DNA of 64,000 nt from an uncultured bacterium (GTDB lineage Bacteria > Actinomycetota > Actinomycetes > S36-B12). The DNA lies in assembly GCA_963793105.1 (NCBI GenBank), contig CAWBZB010000003.1:74770-138769 (forward strand), given 5' to 3'. The position numbers and the translations under genes are program-made. A model generated the notes under the pieces. That model saw only the letters and a program-made list of their open reading frames with translations, did no database searches and was not told where the DNA came from. Positions 63,438 to 64,000 of this stretch are shown here, piece by piece (position 1 is the first letter of the stretch; each line of letters begins with the position of its first letter).

Positions 63438-64000
63438 ATGACGACTGATACCGCTGCCGGACCGATCGTCACGGGCGGCGCCTCCGGGCTCGGCCTGGCC
63501 ACCGCCGCCGGCGACACCGTCCTGGATGTCTGGTACCCCGAGCCGGCGCTGGGCACGATGCCCCCGGATGTCCCCAACCTCGAGGCCGGCATCGACTCCG
63601 ACACCGTCCGCGGCGTCACCGTGCGCTCGATCGCCACCATCGTCGACGACCTGCAGGCGCCGCCGGCCGACACCGAGGACGCCTACCTGCGCCTCCACCT
63701 GCTGTCCCACCGACTGGTGCCGCCGCGGTCCGTCAACCTGGACGGCATCTTCGGACTCCTCCCGATCGTGGCGTGGACCAATACCGGCGCCGTGCCCGTG
63801 GACCGGGTCAGTGAGACCCGCCTCCACCTACGACGCAAGGGGAAGCACCTCACCGTCCACGGCGTCGACCGCTTCCCCCGCATGGTCGACTACGTCGTGC
63901 CGTCCGGGGTACGGATCGCCGACGCGGACCGGGTCCGGCTGGGGGCGCATCTGGCCCCCGGCACCGTGGTGATGCATGAGGGATTCGTGAACTTCAATGC
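63438..64000 (+). CDS. dapD: 2,3,4,5-tetrahydropyridine-2,6-dicarboxylate N-succinyltransferase, 3' end beyond right edge
   Basis: Not in the ORF track because there is no stop in the window. Manual translation from the ATG at 63438 gives MTTDTAAGPIVTGGASGLGLATAAGDTVLDVWYPEPAL...EDAYLRLHLLSHRLV...VDRFPRMVDYVVPSGVRIADADRVRLGAHLAPGTVVMHEGFVNFN, an actinobacterial DapD-like sequence. Confidence 0.8.
   Translation, partial: MTTDTAAGPIVTGGASGLGLATAAGDTVLDVWYPEPALGTMPPDVPNLEAGIDSDTVRGVTVRSIATIVDDLQAPPADTEDAYLRLHLLSHRLVPPRSVNLDGIFGLLPIVAWTNTGAVPVDRVSETRLHLRRKGKHLTVHGVDRFPRMVDYVVPSGVRIADADRVRLGAHLAPGTVVMHEGFVNFN

Overview
High-GC actinobacterial chromosomal segment, GC judged by eye and not computed. 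I called about 75 features by hand from the supplied ORF track and my own reading of both strands.

Much of the window is conserved core. Three blocks have the gene order I recall from Mycobacterium tuberculosis: prfB-ftsE-ftsX-smpB-ssrA, an Rv3654c-Rv3659c-type Tad/Flp pilus locus, and TetR-DUF3107-ferritin-like-DEAD-box helicase. A fourth block, MgtE_N/CBS-DUF1003-mrp-tatB-htrA-OMT-DUF3117-LOG-dapE-dapD, follows that order only loosely.

The most interesting part is a roughly 9-kb divergent sulfur locus at 960-10213. One strand carries DsrE-like, TusA, a fused 4Fe-4S/NrfD subunit, a 966-aa bis-MGD molybdoenzyme with no Tat signal, TauE and MoeA. The other strand carries a rhodanese-MBL (persulfide-dioxygenase-like) fusion and an ArsR regulator. 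I read this as a cytoplasm-facing persulfide to sulfite to sulfate/export module. That is inference from domain content, not proven.

Other notable items:
- A membrane protein holding about 6.8 copies of a 75-bp (25-codon) tandem repeat, the six complete copies base-identical.
- A 2-kb patchwork of gene fragments wedged between ssrA and smpB.
- A Tad locus with an atypical pilin and no CpaE/Ssd partner.
- A zinc-ribbon/class III cyclase/STAND-ATPase/TPR giant gene, plus a paralogous orphan zinc-ribbon stub elsewhere.
- A partial ethylmalonyl-CoA cluster (ecm-mcl-acad).
- An icmF-marR-hbd-ACAD10-like-APH operon resembling 4-hydroxyacyl-CoA (Lva/ACAD10/11-type) catabolism.
- A dispersed GC-rich palindromic element at two convergent-gene junctions.

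At least nine apparent single-base frame disruptions hit five genes (tadA, cyclase-STAND x3, icmF, APH x3, a secreted protein). Eight of the nine are +1 shifts, and they cluster in two regions. Assembly indel errors and real gene decay cannot be separated from sequence alone.

No rRNA, tRNA, CRISPR array, integrase or transposase was recognised. The only RNA gene found is tmRNA.
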